In this document: positions 52,601-62,818 of the stretch, piece after piece | How the letters are laid out: the number at the start of each line of letters is the position of its first letter | Numbering within the stretch: position 1 is the stretch's first letter | Virus record (IMG/VR): IMGVR_UViG_3300008267_005791 | Coordinates: 7,159 to 71,158 of that record | Strand: one strand, 5' to 3' | DNA length: 64,000 nucleotides | Source: a virus | Notes under the pieces: model-generated | What the model saw: the letters and a program-made list of their open reading frames with translations, nothing else | Database searches by the model: none | Told to the model about the DNA's origin: nothing | Translations under genes and position numbers: made by a program

Positions 52601-55600
52601 GTATGTAAGTTCCGCGTATCTTTTTATCAATAGTTTACCCCTATCTACTTTAAAAGAAAAATATAAAACTTACGAGAATAAAACTGAAAAACCTTTAGAT
52701 TATATTTTTGCATCATTAAAGAAATTTGGTGCTATCCATAAAATGCCTTACGCTTGGGTTTTAAAAATTGGTTCTGTTTATCATAGATATAAAAATTATG
52801 TGGAGAATGGTGTTGACATTATTAACACATCTTGGTCCGATTTTAAATACGTTGATAATTATGACCCAACAACTAAAGACCCTACAAAAATATATAGTTT
52901 AACTATTAATAACTCAAACATTGATATTGTGTTAGAGAAAAATACTTCGTTAGGGGTAGAAACTCAAACATTAATCAATACAGGGTTTTATCCTAAATTA
53001 ATTAATGATTTTAATGTTTTTTATCAAGGTTTTGAAATTTACTCAGCATATACAAGTACTGACATCCAAAATGGTTTTAGTTCAGGAGTAACTCTTAACT
53101 ATGTTAAAGACGCAATTATTGATATGGGTAAAGGTTTTGATGAGAAAAATCTTGATAGAAATTTAAGAGTAATTCCTTGGTCGGTTGCTATCAATACTTT
53201 TGATGGTAATTTTACATATCTATTACCATCACAAGGTTCATTAATTAATCAAACCAAAGATGAGTGTATTACATCCGATAATAAATTAAAATTTGAGATT
53301 AGCGGTAATACCTCCATGTATAATGGTTCTACGAGATTATTTTGGACGGCACCTAATTATGGTTATTTTGATAATAGTAAGGTGGTAAAACCAAGTCCTC
53401 TTGAGTATTTAAAACAAGTCTTTTCAGGTCAACTTGAGCAAGAAAATTTCTCAATAAATGGAAAATCAAATGATTATACTAGTATTGATGAGATATTTTC
53501 AGTTTTTGAAAAAAATATATTAGATGGGTTTGAGAATGAGTTTTTAAAATTCTCAAAATCAATGTATGATATGGATGATAATTCATTATCAAATATTTCT
53601 ATTGGTGAATTAGAAAATGGTAGTGATAAATCATTTAAGAATTTTCAGATGTTGATGATTAGTTTAATGAAAACCACAAAACTAACTGGAACAACACCAA
53701 CAGATGTAATTATTAAACAACAACAAGAACAATTAATTACACTATCAAATACTTTAACTAAATTTATTAACACCGATGTTGTTTTCAAATATGGTAATCC
53801 GTCAAATTTTGATAAAAAATTATTTTATACTTTTTCAACATATCAAATTTCCGACCCTTATACTTGGGAAAAATATAGTTTTAAAACACCAAATGCTTTA
53901 CCGTATAGTGGAGGGTCAATTACATTAAATAATTCAAAAACGAGATACCGACAACAATGGAAAACTTTAGAGACTTATGTCGGATTTTCTGATGTTACTA
54001 AATTAAAATATAGTAATAATGGTTCATACATCACTGACTTTTTCATTGATTTAAATATTGCCTTTAATGTTGATAACATTAAAAATTTGGCTCCTATTAT
54101 AAAAATTTACGCAACTCAAAAATTAAATGACCCCACTTTAGATATATCAAAATTCACTATGTTGATGGATGAATATATTACATCCAGTGAGACATTTAAA
54201 GGTAAGGTTATTAATAATTTAATGCCAAAATTACAAACAAAATTACCAAAGATTGTAACATCATCTCAAAAAACTATTGATATGGTTTTAGAAGGACCCG
54301 CAACTAAAGTTGAGTTATGGGAATCATTCAAAGCAATTAATGATAAATGGATTTCAGGAAATGATTTTAAAACAAAAACATTATTTGAAGACATTATGTT
54401 AATTGATAGGGCAAGTCGTGATGTTGGGGATAAAATATTGGTGGACGTTATTAAATTAAAGGATGATATTGCAACTATTAAACCAACAATGTCAATGTTG
54501 GTTTTTGTTCAAACTATATTAGTTGAGAATAATTTTGTTGTAATGAATTTACCATCATATGTTAATTTTTATAATGTGCAAGACGCGGTTAAAAATCCTA
54601 AACCAAGAGCGGAAGGTTCGTTAGAATTTGCCAATACAATGTTTGGAACATTTTTAAATGTTGATTATAGAAACTCTTCACCAAAATTAGTTTGTTTTTA
54701 TGGTGGTAAACCAAGTGAACAATTAGATTTAAAAGATAATATTGATTATAGGTTTAGAAATGACTCTTTTGATTTAAGACGAGCGAGTGATAATCCATTA
54801 GTTGAGAGTCAAATTGGTAAAAAAGATTGGGCAATATCAAATAAAGTTGTCGGATTTAATGTTGATATTGGAACTCAAAATCAATCAATATTCCACGGGT
54901 TTCAAGTTGACCAAAGAGGTAGTACCGCAACGGCAGAATCGTTAGAACTTTTAAATCAAATGGCTAATTCATCTGGAAATAGAAAATCGTCAACACAAAG
55001 TGTGTCGTTATTTAATTTATATAAAAATAGAAGTTATAATTGTACCGTAAATATGATGGGTAACGCAATGATTCAACCCACAATGTATTTTAATTTACGA
55101 TATGTACCGATGTTTAGTGGTCCTTATATGATTACAAGTGTTAATCATGTGATAAGTCCCGGTTCATTTGAAACGATTTTGGAGGGGGTTAGACAACCAA
55201 TGGCATCATTACCTAAAGTAACAGCTTACATACAATCATTAAAAACAACTTTATTAGCAACAATAGTAGACAAAACTAAAGAAGATAAAGTTCCTAAAAA
55301 ATCTGATACTAAAGTTAATAAAGGTGATATTATTAATCAAAGAAATGACGCTTTAAATAAAGGTTTAGATAATGACGCGACTATTGTGTCAGAACAACAG
55401 AGTTGTTCGGCATCAACAGAATATAACACATATAAAGCGGGTACTCCGAATAAAACCCTTATCAGTTATAAAAACATTATTCAAATAATAAATGATATTA
55501 CTAGTGACCCTAAATTAAGATACATCGTATTTGCAACAATGTATCTACAATCAGATAATTCTCAAGGGTTGGAATCGTATGAACATAATTACGCTGGTGT

Positions 55601-55937
55601 TGATATTAGTAAATATTGGGGTGAAGGTAATTCAGGGTTCTTTAGTAGTAAGAAATTTTATTATTGTTCACCTAAACAAATACCGTATGTTTACTTTGAT
55701 AATGCGACTAATCATGTTAAAATGTTAGTTGATAGGTTTAAAAATAAATTTAGTGTTTTTGGTAACTCAACACCGGAAGACATAGCTAAATTCTATATTT
55801 TATATTTTAATGCTAATAGTAATGCTCAAAATGTTTACGATTCTATAAAAAAGACAGATTCTGTAGGATTAAAAAATATTGAATCTGAGATAGGTAAATC
55901 TATTTCACTTTATAATGCGATTACTAATAAAAGATAA
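49626..55937 (+). CDS. Very large baseplate hub protein (gp27-like; 2103 aa)
   Basis: MGNAMIQPTMYF.L..VPMFSGPYMITSV.H.I....FET hub motif; follows the LysM wedge gene. Confidence 0.65.
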   Translation: MVDSGENILVEFDYNNISIIDPNKVIDSDGNVSERLVKQEDLVVYANLECKVIPRTKLAVGVANNDQIQTVSVAAINFLNPGNKGFLDNSYTDELTGKDSLKGNGQNQVNLESVKNPNKSDDTYIRQTLKGVTDNGLLGITQITIRQGLDFLPQINVKLEDIKGRALFEGGDNSPYAAFFNLPYPMFNLTIKGYYGKAVKLSLMLQNFTSRYDTYSSNFVIDLVFYTYKYTILSEITMGALLAVPHMYKSRVSVQNKVVTPSTGTNSDTTNTTDSVVERGFQKVKEMYSEYKSKGMISDDFPEISLMELQNRLENFVKNVLDSFTKQNLDPLTDLNEYSKILGEYDKDIFAENGESWRTKYLDINEYLVLDNPEKTKVYSFKKEYTPAKKKDEAINKLKEYITSYTEKLANNKTVGILGKYKINNTEKSINIPNNITYEIFPKTLLVGDININETYRQRKKSDVDPLPQQLNEFLAELTKDSFLNNLLIKDAAGKETPVNDYFIFEGKGTFEFFIDKMGKDLKTYREQIENELTEALSELLQNKDNGIGFVPSIRNVLAVIFANGEAFLRLMDDVHTQAWNVRDDKDRKKAILTGVSSDNLTSGNNNKEPVYPWPQMIVETMTPDKEEQFVITYPGDRTVINQTKAYLPELWPEVEFVEEFIKGYVQRSENPKPSTPNSNELTDVQRISLSAIEFPVSNVVFGNKEEIKYMYEIYERIFLTSYYSKLSRCNNFVSESSQISDIVSEGESINIINSLSTDNPFITKKLTEYGINASNFEILLRHISNDGSGVSWQNFIRGIFNTSYIKNLVNNSNFEFIDSSILNDSISQPLVSLSNEQALTEYISGSTTTNSFDFSDIYPFTDFGWCTSELADGETLFDAKTSFDTRKVLTYNVNKKVISNFLDTTNDDTKRPFTNFSYKNIQQPVLDNPDLKNFYNERDFTSQLLTEGNLNYINYSGLVSSYQTVSMFNTPYFINSIQEGVKNFRDDSVTPYVSSAYLFINSLPLSTLKEKYKTYENKTEKPLDYIFASLKKFGAIHKMPYAWVLKIGSVYHRYKNYVENGVDIINTSWSDFKYVDNYDPTTKDPTKIYSLTINNSNIDIVLEKNTSLGVETQTLINTGFYPKLINDFNVFYQGFEIYSAYTSTDIQNGFSSGVTLNYVKDAIIDMGKGFDEKNLDRNLRVIPWSVAINTFDGNFTYLLPSQGSLINQTKDECITSDNKLKFEISGNTSMYNGSTRLFWTAPNYGYFDNSKVVKPSPLEYLKQVFSGQLEQENFSINGKSNDYTSIDEIFSVFEKNILDGFENEFLKFSKSMYDMDDNSLSNISIGELENGSDKSFKNFQMLMISLMKTTKLTGTTPTDVIIKQQQEQLITLSNTLTKFINTDVVFKYGNPSNFDKKLFYTFSTYQISDPYTWEKYSFKTPNALPYSGGSITLNNSKTRYRQQWKTLETYVGFSDVTKLKYSNNGSYITDFFIDLNIAFNVDNIKNLAPIIKIYATQKLNDPTLDISKFTMLMDEYITSSETFKGKVINNLMPKLQTKLPKIVTSSQKTIDMVLEGPATKVELWESFKAINDKWISGNDFKTKTLFEDIMLIDRASRDVGDKILVDVIKLKDDIATIKPTMSMLVFVQTILVENNFVVMNLPSYVNFYNVQDAVKNPKPRAEGSLEFANTMFGTFLNVDYRNSSPKLVCFYGGKPSEQLDLKDNIDYRFRNDSFDLRRASDNPLVESQIGKKDWAISNKVVGFNVDIGTQNQSIFHGFQVDQRGSTATAESLELLNQMANSSGNRKSSTQSVSLFNLYKNRSYNCTVNMMGNAMIQPTMYFNLRYVPMFSGPYMITSVNHVISPGSFETILEGVRQPMASLPKVTAYIQSLKTTLLATIVDKTKEDKVPKKSDTKVNKGDIINQRNDALNKGLDNDATIVSEQQSCSASTEYNTYKAGTPNKTLISYKNIIQIINDITSDPKLRYIVFATMYLQSDNSQGLESYEHNYAGVDISKYWGEGNSGFFSSKKFYYCSPKQIPYVYFDNATNHVKMLVDRFKNKFSVFGNSTPEDIAKFYILYFNANSNAQNVYDSIKKTDSVGLKNIESEIGKSISLYNAITNKR

Positions 55938-55983
55938 AAGATTAAATTTTTCACAATTAAACGATATTTATAAATAAAAGATT

Positions 55984-56208
55984 ATGGAAACAAAATTAAT
56001 ATTAGACAACTATTTAGGTAGAAAAACTAGAAGTACCGAAAAAGATATGGGAAATGGTTCTAAACAAGTTTGTGATTTAGATACAGGTGATTGTTATACA
56101 ATTAGAATGAAAGATGGTCTAATTGAAAGAGTAGATAATACAATGACAACAAATAAAAAAATTCAGGTTGAAACATTGACCGGTGTAAAACAATTATTAA
56201 ACGGATAA
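55984..56208 (+). CDS. Hypothetical protein
   Basis: 74-aa ORF with VCDLDTGDC, preceded by GATATTTATA. Confidence 0.65.
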   Translation: METKLILDNYLGRKTRSTEKDMGNGSKQVCDLDTGDCYTIRMKDGLIERVDNTMTTNKKIQVETLTGVKQLLNG

Positions 56209-56212
56209 TAAA

Positions 56213-56890
56213 ATGAAAAAAATAGATAATCAAATATTAGAAGAATTAGCTAGATATAACTCAATTAATAATTATATTACGGAACAAGAGGCAGTTTTAC
56301 CTCCACCACCAGGAACAGACCCAAATGCTCCGGTTGAAGACCCAAACGCTCTTCCTCCCGCTGACCCAAATGCTTTACCACCTGCAGATTTAAATGCTCC
56401 ACCAGCTCCTGAAGCTCCGGTTGGACCACAACCTGTTGATGTTGCGGCTGACCCTGATGTTGAAAAAGTTGGAGAAGAAGAAAGTAATACTAAAGAAATT
56501 GATATTACTGATTTAGTCAAGTCTCAAAAAAATACTGAACAAAAACAAGAAGAATATTTCAACAATTTATTCACTCACTTAACAGATTTAGAAAGTAAAC
56601 TTGGTGAAATGGATGGTATTATGAATAAATTAAATGACTTGGAGTCTAAAGTTGAAAAATATAGAGAAAAAACACCACAAGAAAAATTAGAATTAAGAAG
56701 CCTAGACTCGGGACCTTTTAATCAGAAATTAACAGATTTTTTTGTTGATAAAGAAGAAGAAATGGACAAATCGGGAAAAAATGAATATATTTTAACTCAA
56801 GACGAGGTAGAAGATTATTCACCAAATGAAATTAAAAAAACATTTAGGAATTTTGAAGATGAGGCAACATCTTTTAAAGAGATTAGATAA
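56213..56890 (+). CDS. Acidic Pro-rich coiled-coil protein (possible core/scaffold-like)
   Basis: DPNALPPA repeats and heptad coiled coil. Confidence 0.6.
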   Translation: MKKIDNQILEELARYNSINNYITEQEAVLPPPPGTDPNAPVEDPNALPPADPNALPPADLNAPPAPEAPVGPQPVDVAADPDVEKVGEEESNTKEIDITDLVKSQKNTEQKQEEYFNNLFTHLTDLESKLGEMDGIMNKLNDLESKVEKYREKTPQEKLELRSLDSGPFNQKLTDFFVDKEEEMDKSGKNEYILTQDEVEDYSPNEIKKTFRNFEDEATSFKEIR

Positions 56891-56895
56891 TTAAA

Positions 56896-56920
56896 GTGGT
56901 CTTCGGACCATTTTTTTTTT
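56896..56920 (+). terminator. Intrinsic terminator with C(UUCG)G tetraloop
   Basis: GTGGTC-TTCG-GACCAT followed by a T run. Confidence 0.9.
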
Positions 56921-56930
56921 ACAAAACAAT

Positions 56931-56959
56931 TTGACAAACCACTCGTAGACACTTATACT
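56931..56959 (+). promoter_or_regulatory. Sigma70-consensus promoter for the replication operon
   Basis: TTGACA-N17-TATACT. Confidence 0.75.
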
Positions 56960-56988
56960 TTTATAAACTTTAAAACATTTTAAACACT

Positions 56989-57852
56989 ATGGCGACAAAC
57001 AACAATTCATTAGACGCAGTTTTGGCTCAATATGAGCAATCAAAACAAGGAGGTTCTTCTTCTACCTCAAAATTTACACAAGAAGAAAGAATGAAAAAAT
57101 ACTTCGCGGCAATCCTTCAAGATAAGGAAACTCAAGGGCAGCGAAGATTAAGGATTTTACCAACCAAAGATGGTTCTTCACCATTCAAAGTTGTTTGGTA
57201 TCACGAAATCCAAGTTGATGGAAAATTCCAAAAATTTTATGACCCAGGAAAAAACGATAATGAACGTTCACCTTTAAATGAGGTTTACGAAGAATTGCGT
57301 TCAACAGGTAGAGATTCTGATAAAGAATTAGCTAAACAGTACTTATCTCGTAAATTTTACATCGTAAAAGTTATTGATAGAGATAATGAGGCTGATGGTG
57401 TTAAATTTTGGAGGTTTAAAGATAACTACAAAAATGAAGGTATTTTAGATAAAATTATCCCTATCTACAGAAACAAAGGTGATATCGCCGACCCTGAAAA
57501 AGGTAGAGATATTATTTTGGAATTAACTAAAGCGAAAACACCAAAAGGAGCTTTTTACACTGTAATCCAAACTGTTATGTATGACGACCCATCTGCAATT
57601 CATGAGAATAAAGCTATTGGTGATGAATGGGTTAATGATGAATTAACTTGGGAAGATGTTTATTCTAAAAAACCTGTTGAGTATTTAGAAGCTCTTGCAA
57701 GAGGTGAAAGTCCTAAATGGAGTACCGAAAAAGGTGGTTATGTTTATGGAAACGATGAAGATAGTGAATCTTCATTTGGAGGTAGTGGTAAACCATCTGC
57801 ACCTGTTGACCCACAAGCGAATGACGATGCGGATGATGAAATGCCGTTCTAA
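56989..57852 (+). CDS. Single-stranded DNA-binding protein (T4 gp32-like)
   Basis: RLRILP, YH, VIDRD...GVKFW, DPEKGRDI motifs and acidic tail DDADDEMPF. Confidence 0.85.
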   Translation: MATNNNSLDAVLAQYEQSKQGGSSSTSKFTQEERMKKYFAAILQDKETQGQRRLRILPTKDGSSPFKVVWYHEIQVDGKFQKFYDPGKNDNERSPLNEVYEELRSTGRDSDKELAKQYLSRKFYIVKVIDRDNEADGVKFWRFKDNYKNEGILDKIIPIYRNKGDIADPEKGRDIILELTKAKTPKGAFYTVIQTVMYDDPSAIHENKAIGDEWVNDELTWEDVYSKKPVEYLEALARGESPKWSTEKGGYVYGNDEDSESSFGGSGKPSAPVDPQANDDADDEMPF

Positions 57853-57947
57853 TCAAACAAAACTTATTAGACATATAACTTGGGCACCGGGATTACTCGG
57901 TGCTCAACTTGTCTAAATAAACTAAAAAATTAAATTAACATAGACAT

Positions 57948-58952
57948 ATGGCGATTAAAAAACACGATTTTAAATCGATTAAAGATAAATTCTCAACATC
58001 AGCAAAATATAAACCACAAAGGTTTTTTGATTTAGGTCCTGACTTTTTGGACGCTGTTGGTATTCCTGGTCCGGCGATAGGACATTTAAATATGTTTTTG
58101 GGTCACTCTGATACAGGTAAAACAACTGCATTGGTGAAATGTGCGGTTGATGCTCAGAAAAAACAAATATTACCAGTATTCATCATTACTGAACAAAAAT
58201 GGTCATTTGAACATGCGAAACTCATGGGGTTTGATTGTGAAGAAATGGTTGACGAAGAAACCGGTGAATTAGAATGGGACGGATTTTACATCTTCAATAA
58301 TAACTTTGATTATATTGAACAAATTACTGATTACATTAATTCATTATTAGATGCTCAAGAGAAAGGTGAATTAGATTATAGTTTACTATTCTTATGGGAT
58401 TCTGTTGGTTCTGTTCCTTGTAAAATGACTTATGAGGGTAAAGGTGGAAAACAACATAATGCTGCGGCATTGGCTGACAAAATTGGTATGGGTATTAATC
58501 AAAGAATTTCGGGAAGTCGTAAAGCGGATTCTAAATACGAAAACACTTTAGTTATTGTTAACCAACCTTGGGTTGAACTTCCGGATAATCCTTTTGGACA
58601 ACCTAAAATTAAAGCTAAAGGTGGTGAGGCAATTTGGTTAAACTCTTCATTAGTTTTCCGTTTTGGGAATGAGAAAGGTGCGGGAACAACAAAGATTACT
58701 GCGACTAAAGATAAAAGAACTATCAAATTTGCTGTGAGAACTAAAATATCGGTAATGAAAAACCACATCAATGGATTGGGTTATGAAGATGGTAAGATTA
58801 TTGTAACGCCTCACGGGTTCTTGGCAGGTAAAGAAACTACCGAAGAAAAAGCGTCTATTGAGAAGTATAAAAAAGAATACTCTGAATATTGGAAGAATAT
58901 CATCGGAACAGATGGTGATTTTGATTTGAAAGAAGTGGAAGAAAAAGATTAG
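57948..58952 (+). CDS. uvsX: RecA/UvsX-like recombinase
   Basis: Walker A GHSDTGKTT, TEQ, WDSVG, VNQ, KGG and KNHING motifs. Confidence 0.85.
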   Translation: MAIKKHDFKSIKDKFSTSAKYKPQRFFDLGPDFLDAVGIPGPAIGHLNMFLGHSDTGKTTALVKCAVDAQKKQILPVFIITEQKWSFEHAKLMGFDCEEMVDEETGELEWDGFYIFNNNFDYIEQITDYINSLLDAQEKGELDYSLLFLWDSVGSVPCKMTYEGKGGKQHNAAALADKIGMGINQRISGSRKADSKYENTLVIVNQPWVELPDNPFGQPKIKAKGGEAIWLNSSLVFRFGNEKGAGTTKITATKDKRTIKFAVRTKISVMKNHINGLGYEDGKIIVTPHGFLAGKETTEEKASIEKYKKEYSEYWKNIIGTDGDFDLKEVEEKD

Positions 58953-58973
58953 TAACGAATACAAACAAAACCA

Positions 58974-59978
58974 GTGGTTAAAACCCTATTAGTGGATGGT
59001 AACAATTTAACAAAAATTGGATTCCACGGAGTAAAAGATTATTATCATAACGGAAAACATATAGGTGCCCTATGGCACTTCATTAATACCATCAGGCGTT
59101 TCATAGACGAACAAAACTTTGATAAGGTTGTTGTTATGTGGGATGGTGATGATAATTCGTCTACTCGAAAACTTATTTATCCCCAATATAAAGAAAATCG
59201 TAGAGACAGAGAAAACGAGTATAAGTTAGATTCTTTCACTGAGCAGAAAGAAAGAATCAAACAATACTTGGAGGATTGTTATATAAGACAAATCAACATT
59301 GATAATAATGAAGCGGATGATTTGATTGCTTATTACTGCCAAATCTCGGAAAACGAACAAAAGACCATCTATTCGGGGGATAAAGACCTTACCCAACTTA
59401 TATCGGACAAGGTATCGGTGTTTTATCCGAGAACCAAACAAACTTATCATTTAGGAAGTAAAATCAAATGTGATTTTTACGAGTTTCCCCACGAAAACAT
59501 TAAAACTTATAAAATATTGTCGGGGGATAAATCGGACAACATTGATGGTATTTCAGGGTTGGGTGAAAAGACACTTATAAAGTTTTTTCCTGAGCTACTT
59601 GAAAAACCGGTTTCTATTACCGATATTTTAGAAAAGGCTGATAACCTATTAAAGGAGAACAAAGGGAATAAGACATTACAAAATCTTTTGTCGGGTAAAA
59701 CAAAGAGTGGAATTTATGGTGAAGAATTTTTTGTTATTAACGAAAAAATCATAAATTTGTCTTCTCCATTAATAACTGATGACGCTAAAGAGCTTGTTGA
59801 GTTATATTATAAAGAAACTTTAGACCCTGATGGTAGGGGTCATAAGGGATTAATTAAAATGATGATGGAAGACGGGTTTTTTAAGTATCTACCAAAAGGT
59901 GATGATGCGTGGGTGAATTTTGTTAGACCCTTTATGAAATTAACAAGAAAAGAAAAACGAAATTATAAAAACAATTAA
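58974..59978 (+). CDS. 5'-3' exonuclease / flap endonuclease (T4 RNase H-like)
   Basis: LLVDGN, YKENR, EADDLIA, SGDKDLTQL and GDKSDNIDGISGLGEKT motifs. Confidence 0.9.
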   Translation: MVKTLLVDGNNLTKIGFHGVKDYYHNGKHIGALWHFINTIRRFIDEQNFDKVVVMWDGDDNSSTRKLIYPQYKENRRDRENEYKLDSFTEQKERIKQYLEDCYIRQINIDNNEADDLIAYYCQISENEQKTIYSGDKDLTQLISDKVSVFYPRTKQTYHLGSKIKCDFYEFPHENIKTYKILSGDKSDNIDGISGLGEKTLIKFFPELLEKPVSITDILEKADNLLKENKGNKTLQNLLSGKTKSGIYGEEFFVINEKIINLSSPLITDDAKELVELYYKETLDPDGRGHKGLIKMMMEDGFFKYLPKGDDAWVNFVRPFMKLTRKEKRNYKNN

Positions 59979-59986
59979 TTAAAATT

Positions 59987-60439
59987 ATGAAAGACCAAGA
60001 ATCGGTAAAATTAGAATTCTTAATGATGGTAAATGATAACATCATTGTACAGAGATTTTTTAACGTAAGAGAATTTAACGAAAAAGCAAAAAATTCAGTA
60101 GAATTATATGACTTAATTCGTGAGTTTAAGGACGATATCCAAACTCAATTATCATTGAAAACTGTTACATATATGACGGATAATATGTACGAAATTATTA
60201 ACAATCCGGCTATTTTAGAAACATCATATATTGATGGTCCGGAGTACTTTAATATTTTTATTAAACAAAATGACGTGACAATTTGTCATAGACAAGTGGA
60301 TGCTAAAATATACCCTCCGAAGGTAAGATACACTGTGGATGTACGACCACACCTAAAAAACTTACTTATGTCACTGACTGACATTTTTTCTGACAAAAAT
60401 TTAACATATGACTATCTAGATGTTAGTCTAAGTGTGTAG
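59987..60439 (+). CDS. Hypothetical protein
   Basis: 150-aa ORF inside the replication operon. Confidence 0.7.
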   Translation: MKDQESVKLEFLMMVNDNIIVQRFFNVREFNEKAKNSVELYDLIREFKDDIQTQLSLKTVTYMTDNMYEIINNPAILETSYIDGPEYFNIFIKQNDVTICHRQVDAKIYPPKVRYTVDVRPHLKNLLMSLTDIFSDKNLTYDYLDVSLSV

Positions 60440-60468
60440 TATTTATCTAATACACTAAAAGAAAATAT

Positions 60469-61851
60469 ATGACTTCAAACAAAAATTTTGATTACTTAGG
60501 TAGCACATTTCAGCTACAATTATTAAACCAAATCGTCATTGATAAAGACTTCTCTAGGTCAATTATTGATGTGATTGAAACAAGTTATTTTGAGAATAAA
60601 TATTTCAAAATCATCATTCAGATGATTAAAGAATATTACTCAAAATACGAACATACACCAACATTTGATACGTTGGAACAAATTACTAAATCTGAATTAC
60701 AACAGGCTACAGCGTCAAAAATTGTTATTGATACACTTAACAAAGTGAAAGAGGTCCCAACAGAAGGAGGGGAGTTTGTACAAGAAAAATCTATGAAATT
60801 CTGTAAACAACAAGAGTTACAGAAAGTAATGGTTAAGGCACAAAAAATCATCGATGGTGGTGAATTTGAAAATTATGACACTTTAGAACAATTGGTTAGT
60901 AAAGCCCTTCAAGTGGGTGAGTTAGACAAGGGTACTGAAGATGTTTTCCACAACTTGGATGATGTTTTAAATGAAGATTATCGTCATCCGATACCAATGG
61001 GTATTCCGGGTATAGATAGACTCTTAAAAGGTGGTTTAGCGAAGGGTGAGATTGGGGTTGTTTTGGCACCAACAGGTGTTGGAAAATCAACATTATTAAC
61101 GAAAATATCAAATCACGCTTTTAATTTGGGATACAATGTATTACAAATATTTTTTGAAGATAATCCAAAAATTATTCAAAGAAAACATATTACATTGTGG
61201 ACAAAAATTCACCCGGATGAATTATCAAAAAGAAAAGATGAGGTAATTATTAAAGTAAATGAGGTTAAAAACTCAATGACTAATAAACTTATCTTGAAAA
61301 AACTTCCATCTGACACAATGACAATGATGCAAATTAAAAACCAAATCAGAAAAATGGTTTCAGAAGGTGTTAAAATTGATATGGTTCTATTGGATTATAT
61401 TGATTGTGTCGTTCCGGATAAAAACTTGGGGGATGAATGGAAATCTGAGGGTTCTGTTATGAGAGCGTTTGAATCAATGTGTCATGAATTGGACATGGTT
61501 GGATGGACGGCAACTCAAGGTAATAGAAGTTCAATTTCATCAGATGTTGTAACTACTGACCAAATGGGTGGGTCTATTAAGAAAGCTCAGGTTGGACACG
61601 TAATTATCTCAGTGGCAAAATCGTTACAACAAAAAGAAATGAAACTAGCAACTATTGCAATTACTAAATCCCGTATTGGTGATGATGGGGTTGTATTTGA
61701 GAATTGTAAATTTGATAACAGTATGTTAGAAATTGATACAGAAAGTTCTGTGACCTTTTTAGGTTTGGAGGAACAAACGGAAGAAAGAAATAGACAAAGA
61801 ATTAAAGATTTATTAGATAAACGAAGACAAAAAGAACAACAAAAAAATTAA
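60469..61851 (+). CDS. Replicative DnaB-like helicase (gp41-like)
   Basis: [29 protein letters not shown] and KSR motifs. Confidence 0.9.
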   Translation: MTSNKNFDYLGSTFQLQLLNQIVIDKDFSRSIIDVIETSYFENKYFKIIIQMIKEYYSKYEHTPTFDTLEQITKSELQQATASKIVIDTLNKVKEVPTEGGEFVQEKSMKFCKQQELQKVMVKAQKIIDGGEFENYDTLEQLVSKALQVGELDKGTEDVFHNLDDVLNEDYRHPIPMGIPGIDRLLKGGLAKGEIGVVLAPTGVGKSTLLTKISNHAFNLGYNVLQIFFEDNPKIIQRKHITLWTKIHPDELSKRKDEVIIKVNEVKNSMTNKLILKKLPSDTMTMMQIKNQIRKMVSEGVKIDMVLLDYIDCVVPDKNLGDEWKSEGSVMRAFESMCHELDMVGWTATQGNRSSISSDVVTTDQMGGSIKKAQVGHVIISVAKSLQQKEMKLATIAITKSRIGDDGVVFENCKFDNSMLEIDTESSVTFLGLEEQTEERNRQRIKDLLDKRRQKEQQKN

Positions 61852-61856
61852 AAAAA

Positions 61857-62807
61857 ATGAAAGAAAAAATTTTAGAACCAAATAATGACCGATTTGTCAT
61901 TTTCCCGATAGAACATAACGATATATGGGAGTATTATAAACAACATCAAGCGGCGTTTTGGACGGCAGAAGAGGTGGATTTATCTAACGATATTAGAGAT
62001 TGGGAGAACCTATCTGATAATGAAAAATATTTTCTTAAGAATGTATTGGCATTCTTTGCCGCGTCTGATGGTATTGTAAATGAAAACTTAGCTGAGAATT
62101 TCTTAAAAGAGGTTCAATATGCTGAGGCAAAATTCTTCTACGGATTTCAAATTATGATGGAGAACATTCACTCATTAATGTATTCATTATTAATTGATAC
62201 ATATGTGTCTGATGATAAAGAGAAAGACGAATGTTTTCACGCGATTGATAGATTACCTGCGGTTCAAAAGAAGGCGAAATGGGCTCTTGATTGGATTGAG
62301 AACGCTTCCTTCCAAGAAAGATTAGTCGCGTTCGCGGCGGTTGAAGGTATCTTCTTCTCAGGTTCATTCTGTTCTATTTTTTGGATGAAATCAAGAGGAA
62401 TTATGCAAGGATTATGTAATGCAAATAGTCTTATTTTTAAAGATGAGAATTTACATTGTGATTTCGCAATTCACTTAATCAATAATCATGTTGAAAATAA
62501 ACCAACGGAAAAAAGAATTAAAGAGATATTATTATCGGCTTTAGAAATTGAGAAAGAGTTTATTACTGAATCATTACCAGTATCTTTAATTGGTATGAAT
62601 TCAAACTTAATGAAACAATATCTTGAGTTTGTTACTGATGGGTTATTAGTTAAATTTGGGTGTAAAAAACATTTTAATGTTGAACAACCATTCAAATTTA
62701 TGGAACAAATTGCTGTTGAGACAAAGGGTAACTTTTTTGAATCAAGAACTATGGAATACCAAAAGGCTAAGTTAGGTGAATCATTAACGTTTACCGAAGA
62801 TTTCTAA
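61857..62807 (+). CDS. nrdB: Ribonucleotide reductase class Ia beta subunit
   Basis: [38 protein letters not shown] and NFFESR motifs. Confidence 0.95.
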   Translation: MKEKILEPNNDRFVIFPIEHNDIWEYYKQHQAAFWTAEEVDLSNDIRDWENLSDNEKYFLKNVLAFFAASDGIVNENLAENFLKEVQYAEAKFFYGFQIMMENIHSLMYSLLIDTYVSDDKEKDECFHAIDRLPAVQKKAKWALDWIENASFQERLVAFAAVEGIFFSGSFCSIFWMKSRGIMQGLCNANSLIFKDENLHCDFAIHLINNHVENKPTEKRIKEILLSALEIEKEFITESLPVSLIGMNSNLMKQYLEFVTDGLLVKFGCKKHFNVEQPFKFMEQIAVETKGNFFESRTMEYQKAKLGESLTFTEDF

Positions 62808-62818
62808 TTAAATAAAAT

